Shown here: positions 1 to 13,846 of the stretch, piece by piece | How positions within the stretch are numbered: position 1 is the stretch's first letter | Layout: each line of letters begins with the position of its first letter | NCBI GenBank assembly: GCA_012295275.1 | Contig: CM022677.1 | Location: 24,552,001-24,616,000, forward strand | DNA from: Chrysomallon squamiferum | Taxonomy: Eukaryota > Animalia > Mollusca | Length of the DNA stretch: 64,000 bases | Direction of reading: 5' to 3' | Notes under the pieces: model-generated | Told to the model about the DNA's origin: nothing | What the model saw: the letters and a program-made list of their open reading frames with translations, nothing else | Databases searched by the model: none | Made by a program: the position numbers and the translations under genes

Positions 1-589
1 ATGAAATGACGTATTTGTATTTGAGAGAGGAAAGAAAACTGTCAGATGTCACGTTTAACTTTCGTCACGGTGAAAGGTGGATTCTGTAACAACGATAACA
101 TTCCCGTTGGTCAAGAATGTTTTAAAAAAAAAAATTTTTTTTTTTTTTTTTTTTTTTTTACCATTGTCGTAATCATTCAGCATCTTTAGTACCAAAGGTG
201 GTTTCACTAATTCCACACAATTCTCCAGCACTTCCTCTTTGTTAATTTTATTATAAAGAAAACCAAAAACAGTGGACACTAGAATTTCATTTTATGTCAG
301 CTTATAATATGTAACACACGCACACACAGAGTTATGTAATAATTTTCACTCTTAATTATAACTGGTAGTCTTCTATAGTGATTTCTCCTTCATTCCAAGT
401 GAAAACATTCATTTAGATTTCAGATAATTTTCAATTAAAGTTAATTGGTTTTTGCCAATGTCATTTTGAAGTAACATTTATTTTTATATTTATATTATTT
501 TATTTTATTTTATTTTATTTTATTTGTCACGCAATTAATTGCGCCCAGGACTCTGTGATTTAAAAATCTGCTCATGCACACATTTCAAA

Positions 590-622
<33 letters not shown>

Positions 623-862
623 CATGAATTTGTGGACATTATTCACTTTTAAACAGAACATTTTAACAAGAAGCCAGTTTTAATGATTCCACTATCGAAA
701 GCAACGTCTTGTAACTAAAAGAAACATTTAAAACAAACAAAAAAAGACATACGACGAAAAACAAAGAAGAATCAATTTCAGTTCAGAAGACCACATCTTC
801 TTTATTTACAGCAACAACTACGAAGGCTTCGCGTTTCTTGCAATCAGTATCGGAACTGTTGT

Positions 863-1203
863 TTACAATTCCTCAATCGGAGCGTTTAGAGTGAGTTTCT
901 CGCTTAAACTGTTTCCGTTTCGACACCTCCACTGATTGAGATCGATGTGACGTAAGCGTCGAATCGTCAACGCGTAAACTCTGACGTCAGACTTCTTGGC
1001 GGAGCAGCCGCAGTGGTACTCCGGTATTGGCAGCCTCATTTTGCACTGTTTGTCAACTACGCATATTGACCAAAATCCAGACCCGAAATTTCGTTGGAAG
1101 TCCATCGCAGACAAAATATTTTTAGCAGGAAAAATCGAGCAGTAAAGAATGTATTTATCTCCTGTCTCCGAAGATAGTGACACACCTATGCTCAGACTTA
1201 CAT
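863..1203 (-). CDS. G1 terminal exon: Cys-rich Ig-like domain 3 (VSLSIGVSLSSETGDKYILYC...DLNQWRC...PIEEL*)
   Basis: Acceptor ggttttag at 1205-1204, phase 1, stop TAA at 865-863. Full 6-Cys family pattern. Closest in-window relative is 62876-63193 (shared RNFGSGF..C.VDK.CKMRLP..EY.C.C). Confidence 0.85.
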
Positions 1204-1385
1204 CTAAAACCAGAGTTTTTTTTGTTTGTTTAAATAAATATTTTAATAATTATCGTGATGTTTTATTGCTTCATTATCGTCATGATTATCATGTTTATCA
1301 TCACATACATCATAAGCATTATTATTTATACCGCGACTTGTACTATTTACTTTTGATTATAATTTTTTTTCATTATTCTACTGCA

Positions 1386-1433
<48 letters not shown>

Positions 1434-1469
1434 TTGTTGTTGTTGTTGTTGTTGTTGATCATTATTCAG

Positions 1470-1582
1470 GTGATTATCGTGACGTCATCAAGATAAACAA
1501 AGAGATGTTTAAACGATGGCTTCTTATGTCGATTCGTGACGTCACAAACCACATATCGGCGTTACGTATATCTAACATGCAG
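1470..1582 (+). CDS. Exon of single-pass membrane protein gene fragment, copy 1 (GDYRDVIKINKEMFKRWLLMSIRDVTNHISALRISNMQ)
   Basis: ttattcag acceptor and gtacgt donor, phase 1->0. Joins in frame to the 3183 exon and is conserved at 54124-54236. Confidence 0.7.
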
Positions 1583-1900
1583 GTACGTCGGAGTTATCTT
1601 CCCTTACTTGTCACTTTTATTTCTCGTACAGTCGAAGGTCTTTACAAGATCCCCTGAATATCGCATTTCCATTCATTATCCTAAAAATGCTTCAGGACAG
1701 ATCTTCTGTATTAATTTTAAATACCTTTTCTTTATTTCTTCACCTCAGCATAGACTTTTATTATTCTCTACGAAAGTGGTTTTCAATCTGTGGTAAACAT
1801 AACCAGCAGACATCAAGACTAATCGAGCAAATTAAACTAGAAGATCACCAAAAGAATGATAAACCATTCTCGTCAGACTCTCCATAAATATTCCTAATTA

Positions 1901-1946
<46 letters not shown>

Positions 1947-2116
1947 TTCAAAAATAATATTTTTGCGTTGTATTGTATCCAATTAAGACACATAGTTTTG
2001 TTCACGTATTAACATATATCGAACCTAATCTACCCTGAATCATATCAACGAAATAGTTTTCTGTGAATGGATACAGATAAAAAAATTTAAAAAAAGGATA
2101 AACCTATGCTCTAATG

Positions 2117-2378
2117 CACTGGTCTTCAACCTTTCTCATGAGCAACTCAAAATGACCGATGACCCCTTTAAAAAATTTTGATTCAATAATATCTAGGGTT
2201 ACCATATTTTCATCAACCAAAGACAGTACAAAAGGAATCTATATTCACTATGACTATACGTTTTTATTTATTCCTTCTTCCAAGTCAAGTTGAAAAAAGC
2301 TAAAACATACCCTCGCTCAAGAACGATCTCGCGACCCCCAGAAAAAAAGGATGGCGACTCCCGGGTTGAAAACCTGTG
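2117..2378. mobile_element. hAT/Charlie-like MITE, 262 bp
   Basis: Imperfect TIRs CACTGGTCTTCAACC / GGTTGAAAACCTGTG (13/15) and degenerate 8-bp TSD ctctaatg / ctgtaagg. Confidence 0.65.
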
Positions 2379-2506
2379 CTGTAAGGTAAACGGGCAAACA
2401 CTGGGGTCATTTTAGGCGAGTGCTAAGATTTAGTGTGTACAGTAATTCGTACTAACCAGCTTGCTTTGACACCAAATCCAACTCAACGCAAATGGTAGAA
2501 AAAGGA

Positions 2507-2611
<105 letters not shown>

Positions 2612-3182
2612 GCATAAGCAAAACGTTACCTGACAAAGCAAAATGAATGCAAGCATTTCTAGTGCATGATGGGATACTGTTATAATGGCTAACCTAGTGT
2701 TACCTAATTTGAATTTGTTATTATTACTGCTGCTACTACTACTACTACATCTACTACTACTACAACAACTACTACTACTACTACAATTACTAGTACTACT
2801 AGTATTACTTTAAATCTCAATCTGCGTTTGATCGCTCCTGGTTGATCTAATATTAATTAATTTGTTTTTATTATTATTAGTGATACTACTATTACTACTA
2901 CTACTATTTCTGCTATATTACTACTACTGCTACTATTGCTACTGCTGCTACTGCTACAATTATTATTATTATTTTAAATCTCATATTTCATGTGATCGTT
3001 TCAGTTTATCTTGTGTTAATTAATTTGACTTTTTTTTATTATTACCGGTGATACAACAACTACTACTACTATTACTACAGTAGTGCTACTACTAATACTA
3101 TCATTACTACTAGTGCTACTACTAATACTCTATTGCTGCTATTATTATTAATTTAAAACTCATAATTGATTTGATGTTTCAG

Positions 3183-3356
3183 GTTGACCTAGGCCAAGAG
3201 GACATTCTGGTTTCGTTCCGTCTTTTGGACGTGGTCCCGATTAAAGGCGACGTCTCGAATCCGGCGAAACAGATTTCTATGCAGGATGCCGCAGACATGA
3301 TCACTTCAGCCATTAATTCCAAACAGTTTGGTATCCAGATTGTAACGCATTTAAAG
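3183..3356 (+). CDS. Membrane protein fragment exon, copy 1 (VDLGQEDILVSFRLLDVVPIKGDVSNPAKQISMQDAADMITSAINSKQFGIQIVTHLK)
   Basis: tttcag acceptor and gtgagt donor, 174 nt, phase 0-0. Non-repetitive, protein-like, duplicated at 55859-56032. Confidence 0.8.
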
Positions 3357-3409
3357 GTGAGTGATATCATTTGAAACGTGCATCGATCAACTTGTCAAAC
3401 CTACAGACA

Positions 3410-3456
<47 letters not shown>

Positions 3457-3577
3457 TCACGATCCCAAGTCAAAGAATAAAGTGGTTCTTTTCTTCTTTG
3501 TCTGTAGTTCGCGTCTACCTTTTTATTTGATTCCTTTTCTGATTTTTTATTTTTGTCTTTATTTTTGTCTATATTTT

Positions 3578-3621
<44 letters not shown>

Positions 3622-3637
3622 TATTTATTTTTGACAG

Positions 3638-3734
3638 CAAAAGTCGTTCATAGCTAAGCCGTTCAGTACCAAATCGTGGGACACGGTTATAAAAGAAGAC
3701 TCCTACAGAGAACCCCGTGTTGGTTACAGCGCCG
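3638..3734 (+). CDS. Membrane protein fragment exon, copy 1 (QKSFIAKPFSTKSWDTVIKEDSYREPRVGYSA)
   Basis: ttgacag acceptor and gtattt donor, phase 0->1, in frame with both neighbours. Confidence 0.75.
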
Positions 3735-3838
3735 GTATTTGCACTTTTTAATATAATAATAATAGTAATAGTAATGATGATAATAATGATAGTAATGATG
3801 ATGATAATGATAATAATAATAATAATAATAATAATGAT

Positions 3839-3870
<32 letters not shown>

Positions 3871-4321
3871 GATAATAATAATATAATAATAATAATGATA
3901 ATAATAATAATAATAATGAATGATTATGATAATGATAATGATAATAATAATAATGATGATGATGATGATGATGATAATAATAATAATAATAATGATAATG
4001 ATGATGATAATAATGATAATAATAATAATAATAATGATGATGATGATAATTATGATAATGATGATTTTTTTAGCAAATTGTTTTATAGCTTTAATTTTAT
4101 ATCTGTTATCTACTTCTATATCTATGTTTATATCTATATCTGTCTATATATGTATGTGCCTGTGTGTGTGTGTGAGAGAGAATGTTTGTGTGGTGTATGT
4201 GTTGTGTGTGTTTGTATGTGAGTGTGTGTTTGTGTGTGAGTGTGTGTTGTCTGTGTTGTGTGTGTGTGTTGTCTGTATGTCTGTACGTATGCCTGTATAT
4301 AAACATATTACTTTATTACAG

Positions 4322-4470
4322 GAACTATGGCAGGGACCGGTACTGGCGTGTTTCTCTTGTCGTTTGTGGTCGGTTTCGGTGCTTTGTTCGTCCTCTACAA
4401 GCGACTTGGCGGCTCTTTCACCCTGAAAAGGTTTGACGACCTTGAACCTGTCGTCAACAATAGAAACTAA
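4322..4470 (+). CDS. Terminal exon: transmembrane helix + short tail, copy 1 (GTMAGTGTGVFLLSFVVGFGALFVLYKRLGGSFTLKRFDDLEPVVNNRN*)
   Basis: ttattacag acceptor, phase 1. Hydrophobic ~23-aa stretch followed by YKR stop-transfer, then TAA at 4468-4470. Confidence 0.8.
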
Positions 4471-4570
4471 ATATTTAACATCATCATCATTTTCATGATA
4501 ATCATTCTTCTTCTTCTTGAATATTTTCCATCCAAATAATGTATTTCATCAAAATAATGTTTTCAATCAA

Positions 4571-4605
<35 letters not shown>

Positions 4606-5002
4606 AGATAAATTATAAATTATAATTCTGTGTTTATTTTTTATTTTCTTTATTTTTTTAGTCTATTACAATACATAACAGAAGTGAATATTTGCCAATT
4701 TTTTTTTTATCAACGCTATTAAATGAAAGCTAGACAAAAGAAAAACTGTTATTTATTTACCATCAACAACAGCAGTTCTGCATCTGTTTGAAATGAATCA
4801 TTAGAACGGCACAGTTAGGTTACATCCAGTTCTGCATGTTTTAAACTAGCTTGTAAATAAACACTTCATATATGGAGCTATTTAACTGTTGTTTTGTTAA
4901 TTGGGTCGTGTTTATGTCTGTCACTGATATACATTAGATTATTTGGATTGATACACATAAAGATGTCTTTATTTTAATCCCTCTGTACATTAAATTATTT
5001 GC

Positions 5003-5044
<42 letters not shown>

Positions 5045-5229
5045 ATATATATATTCTTTCTATTTTAATAACTCTATCTGTCTATCTATAAATTATTTGC
5101 TATATACACAAACAAACGTGTTTTTTTTTCATCGGTTTAATTATTTTATTTCTTTATATATTCAAAATATTTATTTATTTCATTTTATTTATTTATTTTT
5201 TTTTATTTACTAATATTTATTTATTTATT

Positions 5230-5276
<47 letters not shown>

Positions 5277-6063
5277 TTTTATTTATTTATTTATTTATTT
5301 ATTTTTATTTATATATTTATTTATTTACTTTATTTATTTATTCATTCATTCATTTATTTACTTTATTTATTTATTTACTAGTATGTATTTATTTAATTTT
5401 ATTTATTTATTTATTTCGTTTATTTATTTATTTATTTATATACTAATATTTATTTATTTATTTGTTTATTTATTTTACTTATTTATTTGTTTGTTTCCTT
5501 GTTTATTTAAGTACTACCCTGAATAGCGCTTCTCATTAAAGGAATGCAAACCGATCTTGTGTCAACGTGACAAATAAAACACAATTACAGGTGAACACGA
5601 CAGACCAAAATATATAATTAATAGGTGAAAAAAAAAAAAACAAACAAAACGATTCTAAGAGTTGGCAGACAATATTAACGTGTCGAGAGAGAGAAAGAAA
5701 AAATTTATATTCAAACTGCCAACATACATGGAACAAACGCCCCTTGTAAACACTGATTTAAACAGTCTCATTAATTTCGTTACGTGCGTTCTTTACTATT
5801 TTCAAAATACGAGTATTATGTAACCAGATATACATGTCAACAAATAATAAACAAAAAACACATAGGCACGCACACATATGGATAAATATACATACATTTA
5901 TATATATGTATATATATATATATGGATAGACATGTAGTTTGATAGATAGATATAGATAGATGCAATTACATGTTAATTTACTTTATTCAGATTACAAGTA
6001 AAAAGGGTTTAATTATTTCATTTTTAAATTCTTTTTATTAATTCTTTTTTAAAATATATATTC

Positions 6064-6263
6064 NNNNNNNNNNNNNNNNNNNNNNNNNNNNNNNNNNNNN
6101 NNNNNNNNNNNNNNNNNNNNNNNNNNNNNNNNNNNNNNNNNNNNNNNNNNNNNNNNNNNNNNNNNNNNNNNNNNNNNNNNNNNNNNNNNNNNNNNNNNNN
6201 NNNNNNNNNNNNNNNNNNNNNNNNNNNNNNNNNNNNNNNNNNNNNNNNNNNNNNNNNNNNNNN
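6064..6263. other. Assembly gap (200 N)
   Basis: Run of n characters. Confidence 1.
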
Positions 6264-6344
6264 AATAAAATAAAATAAAATAAAATAAAAATAAGTAAAA
6301 CAAACATAAATAAAAAATAAAAAAAAGAAAAGAAAGAAAGACAA

Positions 6345-6705
6345 AATAGAAAGTTAACAAGAAATTTCTCCTGTAAATTGTTATAAACGTCTTTTCAAAA
6401 CAATTTGCTTCTTACAACCGATACAATTTCTATTTTCTGTCTGATTATTACAGCAAGATATTATTATAATCTTTACATCATTATTATAAAAAAAATAATA
6501 ATAATAATACAGGAATGCAAATATGACGTCAAACATCACTGATGACGTCACGTCTGGTTAAAGTTTCTAAATTTCAGACGACGCAGATGATATTTTACTT
6601 CTGATCGCACGTAAATACATTTACGACGTGTCTTCATTTCGTCGGTTTTTCAGTTAGCTAATGCAGGTAAGTCCTTTTTGTTTTTCATTTACGTTGATAA
6701 AAAAA
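6345..6705 (+). repeat. Duplication block X, copy 1 (matches ~53465-53825)
   Basis: Near-identical sequence from gaaagttaacaagaaatttctcc to acgttgataaaa. Contains the candidate 44-nt exon 6513-6556. Confidence 0.9.
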
Positions 6706-6842
6706 GAACAAAGTTAATAAGTTGGGGCGGATTATGGTTTATGTAAGATGGGTCCGAAACAGTACGCAAATGTTTATAATTTGAAAATTTGAAAATTTAG
6801 TGTTTGTCGCAGTTTACACTGAATCAGCAAGGCATATATGTA

Positions 6843-6909
<67 letters not shown>

Positions 6910-7245
6910 ATATAATTTGCCGGGAGGAGGGCCCCCCCAGTCAAACGCCCTTGATAAGTATGGACGATACAGTGGCGTTTTTTCACTACATCAGATAGTT
7001 TTTGTTTTTGTGTTAACAGGTTTATATTACTGCAATCCATAGAACCAGTACTCTGTACTATTACGTTGATTCCTTAGTTGTTTTTGTTAATACAATTATT
7101 GTTGTTGTTGTTGTTGATGTTGTTAGGCACTATTATGTAACTGACGGTCTTGTATATTCTAATACATGTGACATACGCTGTGAAAAGTAATGTCAAATAC
7201 GTTAGAGTAGATGTGTTGTATATAGGCCCAGGCTTTGAAGGAAAA

Positions 7246-7302
<57 letters not shown>

Positions 7303-7655
7303 TGATTATATATATAGACAGAAATAATTATGACAAAGTGTAAAAATAATAATTTCTTCCTACTTGTCCTGGTTTGTATTGATAATTTTTTTTGTTTTTA
7401 TGGCAACAGACATTTTTTATTCTGCCTCATTGGTTTGGGAATGGCTCTGTTTGTCGTTGCAGTAGTTGTTGAAACAGCAATGACAGAAATGAAGATGTGC
7501 GCTCCTTTGAACTTTAACTAATTTGTCCAAGTCGTAGATCAACGCCAATCTCATCTTCCATAATGTTAATGATGACCAATTTATATTGCGTAATGTTTTA
7601 AAAATAATGACGTCATCAGTATATTTTAGTCCACGATCAATTTTAGAATTAGCGA

Positions 7656-7723
7656 CAGGGCCTATGAGAGGGGCCCCAAAAGGGTTTTGTACCAACCTTT
7701 CATAATTTCTCTTGGAGGCCCTG
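7656..7723. mobile_element. 68-bp hAT-like mini-MITE
   Basis: TIRs cagggcctatgagag / ctcttggaggccctg (12/15) and 8-bp TSD attagcga / attagcaa. Confidence 0.6.
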
Positions 7724-8249
7724 ATTAGCAATATCTGATTAATATTATAATAATAAAGTCTCTGGATTTTTTTTTTTTCAACATATTTTGTGTGATTCAT
7801 TATTTACCTCTTTCTTATTTTGTTGTTGTTGTTATTTTATTGTTATTGCTTATTAATGTTGTTATTATGATTGTTGTTCTTGTTTTTATGAATATTCTTG
7901 ATATTGTTATTATTATTATTATTATTATTTTACTTCCGATAAGAAATTTAAATATAAAACTATAAAAAATGTATGAAAATGTGCACAAAATGATATTAGT
8001 CTGTAGTAATTCCAAAAATAACTATGCGTAGACATGCACACACATAAAATTTTCATATATATATATATATATATAAAACTATAATCCGCCCTAATGAATA
8101 TGGATGTTACATAATCACTAATGAAATTTCATTCTGTTTTATTTATTTTATTTCGTTAATACTTTTTATTCACTAAATTGTAAACACTAGTTATAAATAT
8201 TTATTTTTACAGGTTTCAGTTTAATGACAGTCAGCAATAAATAAATCAA

Positions 8250-8292
<43 letters not shown>

Positions 8293-8820
8293 ACAGAAAA
8301 AGAACGAAGCACAGTGTTTACTTGTGAACGAAGTGTTTTCTGCTTTCCAGTCAGGTTTATGACACTGAAAACAGAAAATAATGATTTCAAGTCATGAATG
8401 AAACACAAGTAACAAGAGCATCAGCAAAAAAAAATCGACAAAAACAACCCAAAACCGTCCCATAACACACAACAAAACAACAAAAAAACAAAAAAAAATA
8501 ATAAACAAAAAAATAAAACAACGACAAAGACAACCCAAACCCCTCCCATAACACAAAACAACAAAAAACAAAAAAAAAAAAAAAACCCCAAAAAAAAACA
8601 AAAAAAAAAAAAGAAATAACAAATAAAACAAAAAAACAACCTAATATTATGGAGAAATAATAATAGTAGGTAAAAACAACAACATCAACAACATTAATAC
8701 AAACAAAACAAAAACACAGCAACAGTTATCATCATCATCATCGTAACAAAAATATTCTTTTTGTTGTTGTTAATATTATCATCGTCATATAAATATTGTT
8801 GTTGATGTTATTACTACAAT

Positions 8821-8856
<36 letters not shown>

Positions 8857-8974
8857 TCCCCAATATACTCATCACCATCGTCATAATCATGACGTATTTT
8901 GGGTTATATAATCATTTCTCTGTTCTATGATACTACTGTACATTCTGTATGTCAACATCTGCAATAACAGAAAT

Positions 8975-9245
8975 GTTTGTGTACATATTTCTTAGTGTTT
9001 ATCTACATGTCTTGTTGCTAATCTACATGTCATTTGGGTTTGTCTACAAATGACACAGGGTTTGCATATATTTTAGTGTTTGTCCACGTATGTTTTAGGG
9101 TTTGTCTACATGTCTTGGTTTTTGCTTGTTTTGTTTGTTTGCGTATTTGTTCGTATTTGTCTACACATCTTAGTGTTTGTCTACATACCTTTAGTACTTG
9201 TCTGTTACCGTGTGTGTTTGTCTGCATGTCAGTAAGTGTCTGCAA
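8975..9245 (+). repeat. Degenerate ~20-bp minisatellite (consensus tagtgtttgtctacatgtct)
   Basis: Repeated tgtctaca/atctacatgt units. A reverse-complement block lies at ~9960-10215. Confidence 0.6.
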
Positions 9246-9282
9246 AACAGTAACGTTACATCGATGGCTTCATTTACACAAA

Positions 9283-9329
<47 letters not shown>

Positions 9330-9352
9330 CTATATATTTTTGACATTCTTAC

Positions 9353-9676
9353 TGTCTGAAGACTGCAGTTCGATTTGGTTACTGATGCTCTCGCCAGTTT
9401 CACATCTCCAAATCTCGTGGTCCTCAACCTTCAGCATCACCATCGAGTAGATTCGCGGTTCTGTGCTGATCACTCCGCACTTGCAGTGGTACCCAAACTC
9501 TTCAAACCTTGGCTTGCAGGCCTCGTCGACAAAGCAGACGGTTTGGAAGTCGATTCCTTTCTTCTTCTTGAAAAGCAAGGGCTGTTGTATCTTCCCTGCC
9601 GGAGTCACCGAGCAATACAGCGTGTAGTCCTTTCTTCCGTTTCTGTTACGTAACGAGGACATTTGTACAGACACAG
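9353..9676 (-). CDS. G1 Ig-like domain exon 2 (VSVQMSSLRNRNGRKDYTLYC...DHEIWRC...LQSSD)
   Basis: ttttttcag acceptor and gtaaga donor, 324 nt, phase 1-1, 6-Cys pattern. Confidence 0.88.
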
Positions 9677-9785
9677 CTGAAAAAACAACAAAAAATCAAC
9701 AAATTGTAATTTTTATTTTAGCATGTCTTAGTGATTGTAGTAAAGGTTTAGTAAATAATATGTGTACAGTGAAACATTTAGACAT

Positions 9786-9839
<54 letters not shown>

Positions 9840-9959
9840 TCACACTCACTCAGACACACATAGGTACATTCATGTACACACCTTTACTCCTAAAAAATCA
9901 AATCTCCATTAATCCTATATCAGTAATGTATCACAGTGTAGTAAATAAAACATTTCGTC

Positions 9960-10215
9960 AACACCAACATCATGTAGACCAAGACATGTGGATAATACTA
10001 ACACCAAGATTCACACTAACACACCAGAGACACATTAACAAACGTGTAGACTAACATTAACAAGATGTAGATTAACACTAACAGCAGACACAGTAACACA
10101 CATCTAGACAACACAGAGACACACTGACATTAATATACTGACAGACAAACAGACGTGTAGACAGGAAGACGCACACTGACATACACAGAAAGACGCATGC
10201 TAACATAATACTAAC
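9960..10215 (-). repeat. Degenerate minisatellite, inverted relative to 8975-9245
   Basis: Units such as agacatgtgga, acgtgtagac and agatgtagattaacacta are reverse complements of the upstream block. Confidence 0.55.
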
Positions 10216-10257
10216 ACATTATAACGAGTACATTTCAACTTAGATTATCCTGTCATG

Positions 10258-10291
<34 letters not shown>

Positions 10292-10323
10292 AATAATAAT
10301 AATAATAATAAATAAAATAATAA

Positions 10324-10370
<47 letters not shown>

Positions 10371-10411
10371 AAAAAAAAAAAAAAAAGCAAATTATAAAAA
10401 GTAAATCTTAC

Positions 10412-10738
10412 TTCTAATTTTAGTCTTGAAAATATTGCTGAAACTGTCTCCGAACCGACATCTCCAATTTGCCTCATGGACGTAATTCATGTTTTTGATT
10501 GTTATTTTGTACACTCGATTTCGTTCGCTGATGTCAAAACAACTGCAGTCGTAAGTTGCTGATTGCAGTGTTTGTTTACAGGATGGTTCTACTAAACAAA
10601 CAGTGTCAAAGTATTGTCCAGACTTGTATTGAAAATACACTACAGCAGACATGTCGCTAATGGACAGAACCGTGCAAAACATTGTATAATTCTTATGCAA
10701 AACTCCGTTAGGAAGTCCATTCAGAAGAACAGTGGTAC
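10412..10738 (-). CDS. G1 Ig-like domain exon 1 (GTTVLLNGLPNGVLHKNYTMFC...HEANWRC...FKTKIR)
   Basis: ttttcttcag acceptor and gtaaga donor, 327 nt, phase 1-1. Confidence 0.88.
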
Positions 10739-10742
10739 CTGA

Positions 10743-10801
<59 letters not shown>

Positions 10802-10894
10802 TAAAAAAACAACAATAACAATAATGATGATGAAAAGACTAAGAAGAAGAAGAAATATCTGAAACATTAAGGGAAAAAAATCCAGCAAATACAT

Positions 10895-10942
<48 letters not shown>

Positions 10943-11203
10943 TTAAAAGGCAAATGAAAACTAAATAACTAAAAATAAAACTATCAGTAAGTAAATAAGT
11001 AAATAAAAAAAAAAAAAAAAAAACTAAATAATAAAACATGAACTGAATGAATTAATGAATAAACAAAATATATAGCAAAAATAGCAATGATGATGATGAT
11101 TATCATAATAATGATGATACTTGTACTTTCAGTATGAATATAATGATGATAATAATAATACTAATACTACTACTATTACTACTACTACTACTACTACTAC
11201 TAC

Positions 11204-11238
<35 letters not shown>

Positions 11239-11286
11239 TTTATAGAAAGAATGGTGATAATTATCAGAGTACAAATACTATATTAC

Positions 11287-11344
11287 CTGAACATACACTT
11301 ATTAAAACAGCGTGGATTACAAAGATGAGCACAAACAGAATCAT
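11287..11344 (-). CDS. G1 signal-peptide exon (MILFVLIFVIHAVLISVCS-G)
   Basis: ATG at 11344, 58 nt, hydrophobic core, phase-1 gtaata donor compatible with the 10738 exon. Confidence 0.75.
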
Positions 11345-11721
11345 GACAGAAATACTTTTTTTTTTTTTTTTTATTATGAGAATAGAAAACTCTTCACGTT
11401 TCTAATTCTCGTGTTCTGAGAATTAGTGTCTACAGGTATATGTTTATATTTCAAAACGTTTTCAGTTGTTTACTAGCGAAAATGTGACAATTTTATTTAT
11501 TTTGCACTCACACACACACAGACACACACACGTGTTTGTGTTTAGGTGGGAGTGGGTGTTTTGTCTGTTTCTCATTTTATGCAAATGATTAAATTTTATA
11601 TATATATATATATTTAAATTGTTTAGCTAGGAAATGATTTAATTTGATTTCTAATTAATATATATATATATATGATGATGATTATGATAATAATGATCGT
11701 ACTTGTACTTTCAGTATGAAG

Positions 11722-11775
<54 letters not shown>

Positions 11776-12596
11776 TTTATAGAAAGAATGGTGATGAAAT
11801 CTGTTCGCCTGCTTGGAAATGAATATTTTATTTTTAAATATATATGCATACATATGTGTTTAAGCTAAGAAATGTGATATATAGACATACGTTTGTTTTA
11901 TTAATTTATTTTATTTTATTTTTTTCTTTTATGGTGAAACACACATATATTTATATATTTGTTTCTTTATTATATATCATTTTTGTCTATTTGGAACTGA
12001 ATTATTTATTTCATAATATTTAAATGTTTTAGCTAGGAAATGATTTAATTTGATTTCTACTTGTGGTACTCATATTTACATATTTGTTTTATTATTTAAT
12101 TTAATTTAATTTAATTTAATTTAATTTATTTATTTTATTTTTTTATTTCTTTATTTTTTTTTTTTTTTTTTGTTTGTTTGTTTGTTTATTTTTTTGTCTG
12201 CTTCTAACCGAATATTTTAATATTAATGTATTTATCATTGATCAGCCCATTTTTTTTCATATGTTGTGTGGTATTTGTTTATTTTAATATTTATGTCTAT
12301 GATGTATGTTGTATGTACATCTGACAGGAGACTAACACATGTCAGGAAAATATGCTCATATTTAAATTATCAGGAAACAGAACAGATACAAAAAATGTGT
12401 AATAATATAATTCCTAACATAATGTAGATTTAAATATATATAAAAAATACACAATAAAATATAAATATATTTGTACACTGCTGTTATCAATTTAACATAA
12501 TTTATGCCTGATTGAGTTTTGTAGAAATACGAACAACAAGAATAAAGAGAGCAATAAAATGATGATGATGTTAATAATTATAATAAATAAATAACA

Positions 12597-12664
<68 letters not shown>

Positions 12665-13112
12665 AAAGAAGAAGAAGAAAAAATAGTAATAATAAAAGTA
12701 ATAAAGAAATAGACACACACAATCATCATCTCTGTATATATTTTTATATGTAATGTTAAATTGACAAAAGCAGTATATGTGTGTGGGTGTGTGTATGTAT
12801 TAAAAAACAAACTGAGTTTAGAAAAGAAACGTTGATAAGTTAAAGCACGAAAAACACCTATTGTTTCCTTTGTTTTAATACCACGTTCAAACATAACAAG
12901 ACAATTTATAGGGCGATGAATGAGAGAACCAAAGAGAGTTTCTTTTATAATTATTTTTGTTTGTTTGTTTGTTCTTTTGACACATAAGTGTGGAACTATT
13001 TCTATTTTATTGGACGAAATCTATTATCGAATTCAGTGTCCTGAAAAATAAAGCAGAAAATGCATATGTCTGTGACAGACACAGAATTCTAGAGGGACAG
13101 AGAGACAGAGAG

Positions 13113-13279
<167 letters not shown>

Positions 13280-13363
13280 TGAACTCTTCCTGTCTTCTTT
13301 TTCAGTGAACAATGAAAAAGTGTTTGTTTTTTTTTTCTCCTGTTTAAAGACGAACTTTCAATA

Positions 13364-13374
13364 TCAACTTGCCT
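13364..13374 (-). CDS. U1 terminal mini-exon coding part (E-A-S-stop)
   Basis: ctgttatttttcag|AG GCA AGT TGA, phase 1, recurring at the same position in other units. Confidence 0.55.
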
Positions 13375-13486
13375 CTGAAAAATAACAGACAGAGAAATTG
13401 TAAAGGAAATCTCATTATGTCGTAAAGGAAATTATGTATGTGTGTGCATGAGTGTGCATGAGTTATGTATATATATATATATATAT

Positions 13487-13520
<34 letters not shown>

Positions 13521-13846
13521 TTTGAATATTTTGTGTATGTCTGTCTGTATGTATGTATATAATTATATGTGTATGTGTTCATGTATGTATGTATGTATGT
13601 ATGTATGTATGTATTCATGCATGTATGTACATATGTATGTATGTATTATATACATATCTAATTATGTATATGTCTGAATATATTTCAGGATTTTGAATGT
13701 TCTCTGTCCGATGTACATCTCATTAGACTCTGCATATTGATAATATTCGGGAACGCACTTGTACAGAAGGGCAAAGATTGTGTGTGTGTATATATGTATA
13801 TATATATATATGCATGCATGTATGTGCGTAAGAGGAATTTACTTAC

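Noticed and set aside
162-278. Possible 117-nt phase 1-1 minus-strand exon (STVFGFLYNKINKEEVLENCVELVKPPLVLKMLNDYDN)
   Set aside because: The splice signals are plausible, but there is no recognisable homology or partner exon in the window and it lies downstream of the G1 stop.
1536-1887. ORFs 1536-1796 and 1687-1887 with twins at 54190-54664
   Set aside because: They run through the donor into intron sequence, and their conservation reflects the recent duplication only.
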